DNA of 55,689 nucleotides from an uncultured Prevotella sp. (GCA_937892695.1 CALBJK010000071.1:1-55689); one strand, 5' to 3'; numbered from the stretch's first letter, positions 1 to 9,606 are shown. Made by a program: numbers and translations. Notes: generated by a model not told the origin, from the sequence alone.

Positions 1-40
1 ATTCTGATTTTATGTGTGCTGAAATGCCACTACGAAAAAT

Positions 41-1762
41 TTAACGGAGTATTGAGTAAAATATTTTATTCGATATTTTACCGTCAGTGTTTCTGTTCGT
101 TATAGATTTAACACGTAATCCTCCTGATTGTCCAGATGACATTTTCAGAGAAAGGTGATTGGCGAAAACCATCGAAGAATAGTCATTCTCTTCATATTCA
201 AGAGTACTCTTTCCTCCTGTAGGGTAAATGATTTCATGTAGGGTTTCTGCTTTGGCATATTGCAATAGCGTGTTTTTTAATTTAAAATCTGGCGTATCTG
301 ATATTTTTATATTCGTGCCATTATAATAACCCCATGAATCGCTCGAATTTATGACATAATATTCTCCATCACTTCCTATTGTCTGGCTGTCATATTTGAA
401 TCCGTACTTCCACAATAGCTCATTATCATCGCTCATTTGCACAAGCGAGACTTTCCGCCTTACACTTTTCGTTCCTGAGGTTGTTGTGTAACCAAAAGAG
501 AAATATTTGCTTTTACCTCCATGCTTGCTGTCTATATTTATTGTGTTCAGAAATTTACGACAAAGGCTGTTTTTAATTCTTGTGTACGGGTCTGTACTTC
601 CGTACGAAGTTTTTGGAAGGAATATCAGGAATTGATTTCCTGGATCTTCATCAGGAAAACGAAACGGGTCAACCCTAAAAGCTTGGCCAGCCTTCCAATA
701 AAGAGAAAGTTTTGGAAACCTGCTCCCATAAGCCACATCCATTTTATAAACGAATGTACATATTTCGTCATCGGTCTCGATACTTTTCAAGAGTACTGGA
801 AATACAAGAAAACCAGTATATTCCATCTTTCCAATCTGATATGGTTGTAAAGCCGTACACCCGTTAGCAGTCTGAAGACTTCTGTATTGAGGAACAAACC
901 TTATATCGGCGATAAGTTGGGACGTGTCATACCCGAATGTGATTGTCCTGCCATCAATAGTTGTTATTTTTGAGAGCCTCCATGTTGTAGCTACAAGCCT
1001 GCTAGTGTTTCTGTAATAATATGAAATACTGTACTCTGTGGCATTTTTACCTCCGAATTCGTATTTCGTCCCGTCAGGTGTTATTAACGTAAACTTGTTG
1101 AAGAAACAGTCATTATTGCTCTGGTTTGTCCAATGTGAATCATACATGCGTAGTGCACGGTATTTCAAGAATCCATCGTTTTCGTTGAACACCACCTTTA
1201 TATCATCATCAGACGAGACCTTCCATCCGTCATGCGTATAATAGAAATTGCCAGAATAGCCACAAAAATTAAAGGAAAATTCATCCGCACTAAGTTCGAA
1301 CCAATTGTCTCCTTCCAAATATTCCTTAGTGGAATACTCTTCAAATTCTCGTCCGGAGATACCATCCATCTTGTTGGCATGAAAATAGTATCCATGTCCA
1401 ATACCCCTAGAATCTTTTGTCTCATCGGGAGCACATCTGACAGTCCTTGTTATGAATCCTCCAGCCATAAGATTCCATCCGAGTCCAAGGCTTCCACCTT
1501 GATTATCTGGCTTGACTGACGACAAATCATAAGACATCGAAATTGGAACGATGTGTTTTCCAGAACTTACCTCATATAATGGAATATGTATTTGAGGTTG
1601 GCCTGTAAAATGATTGACAGGGATAGTACCAAATTTGTTAAGATTTGCTACTTCCGGGCTTTTCACATTATGCACAGCTGTCAATTGGGCTTTCGCGCTC
1701 ATACAGATAATCAGAAGCGCAATTGACAGAAAAAGCCTTGTATTACCCAGTTTTATTTTCAT
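41..1762 (-). CDS. Secreted RHS/YD-associated protein (Bacteroidetes partner of DUF6443-RHS toxins), probably truncated by a premature stop
   Basis: Signal peptide ending AKA|Q; family motifs SPEVANL..FG.IPVNHFTGQPQIHIPLY, LGLGWNLMAGGFITRTVR..PDE, DEFSFNFCGYSGNF, DSWGYYNG, IIYPTGG, GGLRVKSI. The stop falls just after GGLRVKSI and the frame continues IFRSGIS to the window edge. Confidence 0.75.
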   Translation of the reverse strand: MKIKLGNTRLFLSIALLIICMSAKAQLTAVHNVKSPEVANLNKFGTIPVNHFTGQPQIHIPLYEVSSGKHIVPISMSYDLSSVKPDNQGGSLGLGWNLMAGGFITRTVRCAPDETKDSRGIGHGYYFHANKMDGISGREFEEYSTKEYLEGDNWFELSADEFSFNFCGYSGNFYYTHDGWKVSSDDDIKVVFNENDGFLKYRALRMYDSHWTNQSNNDCFFNKFTLITPDGTKYEFGGKNATEYSISYYYRNTSRLVATTWRLSKITTIDGRTITFGYDTSQLIADIRFVPQYRSLQTANGCTALQPYQIGKMEYTGFLVFPVLLKSIETDDEICTFVYKMDVAYGSRFPKLSLYWKAGQAFRVDPFRFPDEDPGNQFLIFLPKTSYGSTDPYTRIKNSLCRKFLNTINIDSKHGGKSKYFSFGYTTTSGTKSVRRKVSLVQMSDDNELLWKYGFKYDSQTIGSDGEYYVINSSDSWGYYNGTNIKISDTPDFKLKNTLLQYAKAETLHEIIYPTGGKSTLEYEENDYSSMVFANHLSLKMSSGQSGGLRVKSITNRNTDGKISNKIFYSILR

Positions 1763-2412
1763 CTTGTTCGTTTTTTCGGGTTTACATTCTTTCCTACGTC
1801 TTCTGTTTTTCCCTTCTTTGGCAGCTTACGGGTAAAAACTGTTGATATTGCTAAATCACTATATCCATAAGTAAAACCTTCTTTCTCTAACAAATAGCAA
1901 CACGTCCAATAAATATCGTCATAATTCCTTTTGAAGTCAAAACATTCAGCTTCACCGCCGTTTATAGTATAATGTTTTTTCGTGTATTTCTTCAGCAAAG
2001 CCTCCGTTCCATATTTGGAATGGAAACGTACCACATCCCGGTCCAACCTAAAACGACGAACATACCAAGTATATTTACCATACTTTCTTACATCGACCTT
2101 TCCTCTTACCGCCTTGTTTTCAAAGTCACAATAGCCTTTGTAATTCAAGGTATCATCATCCATAAATTCTTTATATATGCAAAAAAGATTGGATCTGAAA
2201 GTGACATACATGCTATCATCACTGAACAATATAGAGAACTTCTTATTAAGATCTCGCCGACTCATCGTTAACATATCCATTATCCTGTCATAATCCAACT
2301 CTCTCTGATAACGTTCCTCCAAATAAGTATTATCGTAAATGAACTTCGCTATCACGATTCCGATAATACAAAACATCAGAATCAAAATGCGCGCACACAG
2401 TTTCTTTTCCAT
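1759..2412 (-). CDS. Putative immunity protein with N-terminal membrane anchor
   Basis: Starts 7 bp after the RHS toxin stop; AT-rich; hydrophobic N-terminal segment ILILMFCIIGIVIA; overlaps the next gene by 4 bp. Function inferred from position only. Confidence 0.6.
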   Translation of the reverse strand: MEKKLCARILILMFCIIGIVIAKFIYDNTYLEERYQRELDYDRIMDMLTMSRRDLNKKFSILFSDDSMYVTFRSNLFCIYKEFMDDDTLNYKGYCDFENKAVRGKVDVRKYGKYTWYVRRFRLDRDVVRFHSKYGTEALLKKYTKKHYTINGGEAECFDFKRNYDDIYWTCCYLLEKEGFTYGYSDLAISTVFTRKLPKKGKTEDVGKNVNPKKRTR

Positions 2413-2419
2413 AAAAGAT

Positions 2420-5400
2420 TCATTTTAAATTAAACCAGTCTTTATATTTATCCGGGATTTTAATACCGTACCTTGTACGAATCTTGCGTCCCTCTTCTTT
2501 TCTTATCAGGTTTTCGAAATTAACCGTTGAAAATTCTGTAATATCCTTACCATTGTCTATTCCCTTATTACTAATACCAAATTCTTCGTCGTATGAATGT
2601 TTCAGTTCGTGCCCTATCACTTCATTGTAAGTCAGACCGATGCCTTTAAAATCCTCACCTTTCTTGCTAAGGTAAAGATTGACATAGATTTCACTCATTA
2701 TGCCTTTACTAGGATGCATAAAACTCTCCACATTATACGCGTATCCATTATAAATTCTATGTTCATATCTACTGTCCAGCTTCTTGAGAGCATCAAAGAC
2801 CTTGCTTATTGTCTTATTCTTTGAATTGTCCAAAAAACGTAAGGCAAGAAGAGCCCGGTACATGAAATTATAACTTCTTCTCGGAATTTTTACAGCTTTA
2901 CCGACCGTCTCAACAACCCTCCGACCATTGTCTTTCTTTTCCCGGAAATGATAGAAATTGCCATTACTGTACAAGTATAAACGGCCATTGGCATGGTTGT
3001 AATATGTAATGTATTTGCCTTGCTCGTCGTTAAAGGCCATCGGATTGCCGGCACAGTATGCATACATGCTCGTGCTGTAGTATTCCTCGGCAGCCGGATC
3101 CCTCGCCGTCCAACGTATTAGGGCTGCATCATATTTTCTGGAACCGTAGTCGTACAGGTCGAGACCACCCATTCTGTCCAGTTCCTTGCCGTTATAACGA
3201 TAACGCTGTCCGAAAAGTTCTGAACTCTCTACAAAGAGACCGCCGTATGGATAATAATGGTTGGTCTGGACTATATTTCCGGACATGTCAGACACAATAC
3301 GGACGTTGCCCTGATGATCAGACGTATAGAATTGATAATCGGGATTTCCATCCGTATCGAAAACAATACGACCGCCGTCTATCAGGATTTCCGTCAGTTT
3401 TCCATTAGTATATATTTTATTGTCACAATAATCAATCAAGGTTGTATGGAGTTTTCTGAAATCCACTTTAAAATCGAATGGAAAATCCTTGTTCAAATAA
3501 TATTCATTCTCTACATGTCGTATACCCAAATACGATGAATCAATTTTTCCTATAAACAAAGTATCGTAGTATATCGGATAAGCGCGGATAAAGGGAAGGA
3601 CGTACTCTGCCCTAAGTTTTTCACCATCGCTGCTGTATGAGAAGGTTATCTCGTTGCTACTTTCATACTTTATATTCTCTTGTCTGTCAATATGGTTATA
3701 GCTGATTCCTGTTATTTCTTTATTCGAATCTTTTGTCATGTTGCCATTTGCGTCATACGCATAATCGTCTTCGTCAAATCCTTTTGTATCAAATCTGTCC
3801 GTAAAACCGAAAATTCCATTCTTATACACATCCGCAACATTGTCGTATGATTCGACAAGCCGGGAGTTGTCGTAGACACAGACAACATCGTCCATTCTCT
3901 TGTCGTCGCGGCGGCTCGCGCTGCTGTTGCGCGTGAAACTAATAACGTTACCGGCCGCATCATATCTGTAAGAGGTATCGTAGTTGATGTTTCGCTCCAT
4001 GTTTTCATAATAATTGGCACTGGTAAGACGGGAAAGTCCGTCATAGCCGAACGAATAGGCTCGCGTCAGACCGCCTACGCTCCATTCTATCCCGGAAATG
4101 TTGCCGTTATAAGAAGGACAATCTGCGTAATAGGGATTGTCATAGAAAAGACGCAGGGAAAAATTGTTCGACGACAGTTTCGTCATCCAAGACCTGACAT
4201 TATAAGAATAAGTTTCTCCCGATACACCGTTACGGCTATCGCCGGAAAGGCGTCCGGCAGCGTCGTAAGACTTGCCATGAAGCATTATAGCAGGACGGTC
4301 GTTTATGCTGTGCGACACAGACAGAACGCGTCCTGCCTGGTCGTAGCTGTAACGGTACAATTCTTTTACAGGACGGCCAAAAGATGCTGTATGTGATATC
4401 AGTCGGGATGCCGGTTGACCATCATAGTTGTAGCGTACGCTTTCAATGTCTGTGCCGCCGAGATGGTTGGTCTTGGCCGTTTGTACAAGACGGCTTCGCA
4501 TATCATAGTACAATGATTTGAAGAGCGATTGGACACTGTCAATGGCGTATACAGACACGACCTTACCTGTAAGCTGTCCTGTAGGAGTCTGGTTGACGGC
4601 ATCGGTCATCTCTGGAATGGGAGTATAATCCAGACGGGAAAATCCAGAAAAGCCGAGAAAGTCGTAACTGTCATAATAGTTGATGTTGTCCAATGACGGC
4701 GAAGAAAGCTCAATACCTTCTATTTCGTACCCGCTGAAACCTGCCGAGACGTTGCCGGTATATCTGCATAATACATTTCCTTGACACCAAGAACCGTCTG
4801 AGATATTGTTAGTGCAACGTCCACGGAGGCATTCTCGACCGAACACGTCATATATACGGAATTCGCACTGGCCCTTTGCGGCAAGGTTTCCGTCCTGACG
4901 TAGTATCAACCGGTCGGCATTGTCGTAAGCAAAGTGTTCGGGAGCACAACCGGGAAGAACTTTTGCGGTAAGCTGGCCTCGCCCATTATAAAAATATTGG
5001 TATCCCATTTCAGCCAAGCTGATGCCGGAAATTTCATTACTTGAAGAGAACGCTAGCGGAGGAATGACAGCTACGATTCTGTCCATTCCATCATGAACAT
5101 AATAAGTGTCATACATAAGACCTCCATCGCCTACCTTTCTGGAAAGTACAAGTCGTCCGTAAGGGTCTCGGAACTCAAAAGAAACGTTGTCTGATTCGTT
5201 GCAGATTCTCCTGACCGACATAGTTCCGGCCTTGTACAGTCCGTTGTCTATCAGAATGAAATTTGCAGATTCTGTCTGTCGTACCCTTATATTAGGACAG
5301 GCGAGACTGTCGCCTTCTATCGCCGTATTCGTCATATATGCTATTGTTGTCTTTTTGCCGGCAGACAGCCATGACTGCCCCGGGCCATTGCGGGCTACTA

Positions 5401-5869
5401 CGCGCCCCAGCGTCGAGTGTTCGTATTCGGGGTAAGAGTACGGGGCATGGTCTGAATACTGGTTAACGGCGGCAGCCTTGGCTTTGGCACTGGGAACAGG
5501 CAAACCGGAAGGCAGACCCGCGTGTTCGGAAGGAAGCCACGTACGCCACTCACGTCCCCACGAATCGTATTCGCGATAGTCTGCAATGTCGTAGCCGGAA
5601 GGTGATGCGCCGACTTGTACTTTCTGTACAGGATTCCCGAAACCGTCATAGTAGGAATAGGACTTCAATCCGTATTCCAGACCGCCGTCACGGCTGGTAT
5701 ACTCCAGTACATAGTTCTGATATTCCGGACCGCCAAATGAGGCTGCAGCAGACGTATCTGGCTGAGACTGCATCATACGACGACCGCCGTTTATTCTCAT
5801 TATCTGCGCCTCAGATTCAGAGACCGTAGATAATAAAAGGAACACAAGTATGAATGATGACGTTTTCAT
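2420..5869 (-). CDS. DUF6443 / RHS repeat-associated core polymorphic toxin with C-terminal HEXXH zinc metallopeptidase (M91-like) domain
   Basis: Signal peptide (SEA|Q); DUF6443-type QNYV..YYDGFGNPVQKVQVGASPSG; YD repeats; RHS core DHQGNVR..HYYPYGG..YRYNGKELDRMGGLDLYDYGSRKYDAALIRWTARDP..YAYCAGNPMAFNDEQG; tip with GHELKHSYD and ENLIRKEEG..RTRY. Confidence 0.9.
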   Translation of the reverse strand: MKTSSFILVFLLLSTVSESEAQIMRINGGRRMMQSQPDTSAAASFGGPEYQNYVLEYTSRDGGLEYGLKSYSYYDGFGNPVQKVQVGASPSGYDIADYREYDSWGREWRTWLPSEHAGLPSGLPVPSAKAKAAAVNQYSDHAPYSYPEYEHSTLGRVVARNGPGQSWLSAGKKTTIAYMTNTAIEGDSLACPNIRVRQTESANFILIDNGLYKAGTMSVRRICNESDNVSFEFRDPYGRLVLSRKVGDGGLMYDTYYVHDGMDRIVAVIPPLAFSSSNEISGISLAEMGYQYFYNGRGQLTAKVLPGCAPEHFAYDNADRLILRQDGNLAAKGQCEFRIYDVFGRECLRGRCTNNISDGSWCQGNVLCRYTGNVSAGFSGYEIEGIELSSPSLDNINYYDSYDFLGFSGFSRLDYTPIPEMTDAVNQTPTGQLTGKVVSVYAIDSVQSLFKSLYYDMRSRLVQTAKTNHLGGTDIESVRYNYDGQPASRLISHTASFGRPVKELYRYSYDQAGRVLSVSHSINDRPAIMLHGKSYDAAGRLSGDSRNGVSGETYSYNVRSWMTKLSSNNFSLRLFYDNPYYADCPSYNGNISGIEWSVGGLTRAYSFGYDGLSRLTSANYYENMERNINYDTSYRYDAAGNVISFTRNSSASRRDDKRMDDVVCVYDNSRLVESYDNVADVYKNGIFGFTDRFDTKGFDEDDYAYDANGNMTKDSNKEITGISYNHIDRQENIKYESSNEITFSYSSDGEKLRAEYVLPFIRAYPIYYDTLFIGKIDSSYLGIRHVENEYYLNKDFPFDFKVDFRKLHTTLIDYCDNKIYTNGKLTEILIDGGRIVFDTDGNPDYQFYTSDHQGNVRIVSDMSGNIVQTNHYYPYGGLFVESSELFGQRYRYNGKELDRMGGLDLYDYGSRKYDAALIRWTARDPAAEEYYSTSMYAYCAGNPMAFNDEQGKYITYYNHANGRLYLYSNGNFYHFREKKDNGRRVVETVGKAVKIPRRSYNFMYRALLALRFLDNSKNKTISKVFDALKKLDSRYEHRIYNGYAYNVESFMHPSKGIMSEIYVNLYLSKKGEDFKGIGLTYNEVIGHELKHSYDEEFGISNKGIDNGKDITEFSTVNFENLIRKEEGRKIRTRYGIKIPDKYKDWFNLK

Positions 5870-6119
5870 GGTTTTATTCTCTTGGTGAACTTACTTGACA
5901 ACGATTCAATATCGAATGCAATTTTCAAGATTAAAACTATATCCGATATAAAAATTGGGATGATACGTTTTAAACAAGAGAGATTATCATGTGTTTTTTC
6001 AAGGAAGAAACCTTGTCCTTCCACTCTTATACATGTCCGCGTTGCCGAAAAGACAACCAACATGCACATAGAACATGTAATAAATCCTCGCATCATATAA
6101 TGACGTTCGTTGTTCTTTG

Positions 6120-6150
6120 CAAATATAGCGCATTTTTATTAATTGACAAA
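6120..6150 (-). promoter_or_regulatory. Bacteroidetes housekeeping promoter for the RHS unit
   Basis: Minus strand TTTG (6147-6150), 19-nt spacer, TATATTTG (6120-6127). Confidence 0.7.
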
Positions 6151-6209
6151 GTTAAAAGCAGAATATATACCTGCTTTCTTTCAACATTAACCGTATTGCC
6201 ATCTTGCGT

Positions 6210-6234
6210 GTAGGGACACACGGCACGTGTGTCC
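6210..6234 (+). repeat. GTAG-family REP-like palindrome
   Basis: GTAG followed by a perfect 9-bp stem GGACACACG-GCA-CGTGTGTCC; a related copy lies at 33884-33908 on the minus strand. Confidence 0.7.
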
Positions 6235-6385
6235 GCATACGACACGAATGTGCCCAAACAAGCCAAATTCAGAATTGTATATTTATGCAGAAACTAGAGT
6301 AACAAAAACTTCGTCAGAAAATCGTGAAATAGAGATTTGACACCCTTAAACATGCTTCAATACAGTGGTAACAATGGAATGGAAA

Positions 6386-6517
6386 TGCAATAACGCCCGT
6401 TTTGTGATGCAATATGCCGCATATTAGGACGCAATATGCCGCATTTCAGAATGCCAGACAAGGGCTTTTGATGCGAAAAACAGCCCGTTTTGGTGCATAA
6501 AACACGTATATTTCAAT
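6386..6517. repeat. Degenerate 22-bp-period tandem repeat array (six units)
   Basis: Units tgcaataacgcccgttttgtga / tgcaatatgccgcatattagga / cgcaatatgccgcatttcagaa / tgccagacaagggcttttgatg / cgaaaaacagcccgttttggtg / cataaaacacgtatatttcaat. Confidence 0.75.
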
Positions 6518-6768
6518 TGATTCCAGAACGCGCCAGATGTCGGCAAGCATACAAGTAAGTGGTTTCCAGTCACTTACTAAAAGCTTTCATTTTTGCAATA
6601 TTTACGGCCAAGAGTAAATCATTTTCGTACAGCGAAGTTTTGAGAGGCAAAGCAACGAATATTAATGCAAAACAGGACAGAATAATGCATAAAAACACAT
6701 TCACGGACGTGCTGTTTTCTTATCACTCCAATCAAAGAAGAAAGGTACAACTATAAAAAAGGAAGTGG

Positions 6769-6804
6769 TTTGTTTCCGTATTTCGCTCTTTTGCAGTAAC
6801 TTTG
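6769..6804 (+). promoter_or_regulatory. Promoter for the first DUF3575 operon
   Basis: -7 box TAACTTTG at 6797-6804, 80 bp before the ATG; the -33 element is imperfect. Confidence 0.6.
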
Positions 6805-6884
6805 CACATTGTAAACTGACTGATGTTAAGTAAATAAGTGATAACGAATTTCAAAAAAGGAAGCAACTAGTATTTTAACACAAT

Positions 6885-7439
6885 ATGAAAATTTACGATA
6901 AGGTAAAAAGAGGGGCTGCCATAGCACTGCTATCAACTACACTCATTCCTGTCCAAGCACAACGTATCGGTCTGAAAACCAACGCACTATACTGGGCTGC
7001 AGCAAGCCCTAACATAGGTGCCGAATTCCGGCTCAACCGCCATGTAACATTGAATATGGAAGGTGTGGCCAACCGTTTGAAGGTAGGCAGCAAAGTGGAC
7101 ACTCGGCTGTGGTCGTTCTCTCCCGAAGTACGCTATTGGTTCAGCGCACGTCCGCAGGCAGGCCATTTTCTGGGACTGATGGGGACAACATCCACATACA
7201 ACCTGATGCTCGGCGACACCCGGCACAACGGCGATGCCATAGGCGGAGGACTGACCTACGGATATAGCTTCGTATTGGGAAGGCGGTGGAGCCTCGAAGC
7301 CACACTCGGCGGAGGCATGGTGAAGATAAGAGAAAAGAAAACAGCAAAAAACGCCCCAGAACCAGGAAAAGCAAACAACATCAAATGGATGGCCGCCCCG
7401 CTGAAAGCCGGTGTGACTTTCGTGTACATTATTAGATAA
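6885..7439 (+). CDS. DUF3575 outer-membrane beta-barrel protein (copy 1)
   Basis: Signal peptide (VQA|Q); LKTNALYWAAASPNIGAEF, PEVRYWF..GHFLG, GGGLTYGYSFVLGRRWSLEATLGGG, PLKAGVTFVY. Confidence 0.9.
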   Translation: MKIYDKVKRGAAIALLSTTLIPVQAQRIGLKTNALYWAAASPNIGAEFRLNRHVTLNMEGVANRLKVGSKVDTRLWSFSPEVRYWFSARPQAGHFLGLMGTTSTYNLMLGDTRHNGDAIGGGLTYGYSFVLGRRWSLEATLGGGMVKIREKKTAKNAPEPGKANNIKWMAAPLKAGVTFVYIIR

Positions 7440-7533
7440 GATAACACAGTAAAAAGGATGACAGGGAACAGAAGGCAATAGCCGATAGAGCAACATTCCC
7501 CTTCCACATAGTATAAATAGAAAAACCAGCAAA

Positions 7534-9606
7534 ATGATTTCACATATACGTACAATGATTTCGGCAAGACTGATGACAATCGTCTTGATACTGTCATTGA
7601 CAGCCGTTTCCGGTGCAGCCCAAGAGGTGATAAGACTTACCGGAAAAGTGGTTTCGAGCGACAACAAGGAGCCGCTTACAGGCGTGAGCATATCAGACGC
7701 CTCATCGCGAAGAGTATATGCCATGACCGATCTCGACGGTCGTTTCGCCTTCAACATACATATCGGAGCCACACTCCGGTTCAGCATGGTAGGAGCGAAG
7801 ACAGCCACAGTCAAGGTAAGGAGCGCGAAACCACTTACTGTTGAACTGGATGAGGAAAACATATCAATCGGCGAAGTGGTGGTAGCAGCGAAGAGAGTGA
7901 CCGACAAGGTTCTGCCCGAACCCACCGACATCGAGGTGAAAGGCAACTACTTCCACGTGAAGACACGCGTGAGAGTGCCCCGACAGATGTTCTCACACAA
8001 CACCCGACTGGTAGTTCAGCCCATCCTCAACGACATGACCCGTAAGGAGCTGAAGCTTATGAAGCCGATGGTGTTCGATGCCCAGACATACAACGACACA
8101 CAGGACCGTATGTACAACTTCGACATGAACAACAGCGTCAGCGGTGACCCGCTGGCCAAATACATTACGATAAAGAGCAAAGAGACACGCGAGAAAGGAC
8201 GCGACAACGACATCATAGGCTACACCGACTCTATTTATGTCGAGCATGTCAAAGACGATTTCTCCTGCGATGTCTACATGGCAATCGAGAACTACAACCG
8301 CATTCTCTACCGTGACACCACAATCATAGCACGAGGCACGGTCAACCCCCTCAGATGGCTCGACTATTCGTTTGCGGCCAACGAAATGACCGACCCGGCA
8401 TATCTGCCCAAGCCCGAGAAACAGCTGCGCGACAGCCGGGGAGAGATAAACCTGCGCTTCCCAATAGCCAAGGCCGAATTTGACACACACGACCCTGCCA
8501 ACATTGCCGAGATTGACAAGATGCGCAAACAGATAGAGCAGATTGCACAGACCAAGGACGCCACTCTCCAGTCGTTGTCGATAGAAGGAACGTCGTCGCC
8601 TGAAGGTAAATACAACTACAATATCCGTCTGGCAAAGAACCGTCTGAACTTCGCGCTCAACTATCTGCGAAGCCAGGTTCCCGAAGAGATGAGACAGGGT
8701 ATGGAGTTTACATCCAATGCCAAAGTAGCCCCCTGGGAAAGCGTTGTGACACTGATGAGGAAAGACAGTCTCGACCGGGAGGCCGACCAAGTAGAGGAAG
8801 CCATACAGAAATATGGCAACATCGACCTGCAGGGACGAGCCATACGCAATTCATCCATCTACCCTATCATCAAGGAAAAGTATCTGCCACAGCTGCGCCG
8901 CGTAGGCTATGTGATGAACTACACCATCTTCAGACAACTGACATTCGACGAGATAAAACAGCTCTACGAGAAAGACTACAAGCAGCTCACCCAGTTTGAG
9001 TTCTTCACCCTCTACCGTGGAGAAAAGGACGAGGCAAAACGCGAGAAAATAATGCGCCAGTCGCTGGAAGTGTATCCTTCGTTCATGACTGCAGCCAACG
9101 ACCTCTCGGCCGCACTCATCAACCGACATGCCGCCGACCCCGAACTGCTGAAACCATTCGCAGGAAGCAAAGCCCCCAAGACCGTGAATACCAACCAGAT
9201 GGTGGCACTGCTCAACGCCGGACTCTACACCAAGGCCGACTCGTTGGCACAATTTGTACCAGAAGGTGAGGACACCCACCTGCTGCTGGCCGTCAACTCG
9301 GCTCTCAACGGACGCTATCAGGAAAACATGAGCACCATAGCCAAGACAGGCATACGCAACGAAGTAGTGATGCTGCTCGCTATGAAACGAAACGAAGAAG
9401 CCATGAAGCTGTGCAAACAGCTGCCTACCGACCAGGCCGTGTCCTACTATCTGAAGGCTGTATGTCTGAACCGTCTCGATGACCCGGTAGAGGCATACAA
9501 GGCTCTGAAAAAGGCTATCGAGATGGATCCTTCGCTCGAAAGCATCGCCAAGGTGGACGGCGATGTCAACGACCTGATGATTGACAACGAAAAAGAAAAG
9601 AAATGA
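7534..9606 (+). CDS. Exported protein with carboxypeptidase-regulatory-like domain, DUF3868-like region, OmpA-like domain and C-terminal TPR-like helices
   Basis: Signal peptide; LTGKVVSSDNKEPLTGVSI..TDLDGRF..LRFSMVG; IEGTSSPEGKYNYNIRLAKNR and LPQLRRVGY match the 13623 protein; TPR-like YYLKAVCLNRL..AYKALKKAIEMDP. Start could be a few codons downstream. Confidence 0.8.
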   Translation: MISHIRTMISARLMTIVLILSLTAVSGAAQEVIRLTGKVVSSDNKEPLTGVSISDASSRRVYAMTDLDGRFAFNIHIGATLRFSMVGAKTATVKVRSAKPLTVELDEENISIGEVVVAAKRVTDKVLPEPTDIEVKGNYFHVKTRVRVPRQMFSHNTRLVVQPILNDMTRKELKLMKPMVFDAQTYNDTQDRMYNFDMNNSVSGDPLAKYITIKSKETREKGRDNDIIGYTDSIYVEHVKDDFSCDVYMAIENYNRILYRDTTIIARGTVNPLRWLDYSFAANEMTDPAYLPKPEKQLRDSRGEINLRFPIAKAEFDTHDPANIAEIDKMRKQIEQIAQTKDATLQSLSIEGTSSPEGKYNYNIRLAKNRLNFALNYLRSQVPEEMRQGMEFTSNAKVAPWESVVTLMRKDSLDREADQVEEAIQKYGNIDLQGRAIRNSSIYPIIKEKYLPQLRRVGYVMNYTIFRQLTFDEIKQLYEKDYKQLTQFEFFTLYRGEKDEAKREKIMRQSLEVYPSFMTAANDLSAALINRHAADPELLKPFAGSKAPKTVNTNQMVALLNAGLYTKADSLAQFVPEGEDTHLLLAVNSALNGRYQENMSTIAKTGIRNEVVMLLAMKRNEEAMKLCKQLPTDQAVSYYLKAVCLNRLDDPVEAYKALKKAIEMDPSLESIAKVDGDVNDLMIDNEKEKK

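Noticed and set aside
5866..6096. 76-aa ORF overlapping the RHS start, and other small ORFs at 5882-6213
   Set aside because: No recognisable motifs; lies in the AT-rich leader below the RHS promoter and cannot be supported as a gene.
6386..6517. Possible CRISPR array (also 46901-46988)
   Set aside because: Units are contiguous degenerate 22-mers with no unique spacers, and no cas genes are present.
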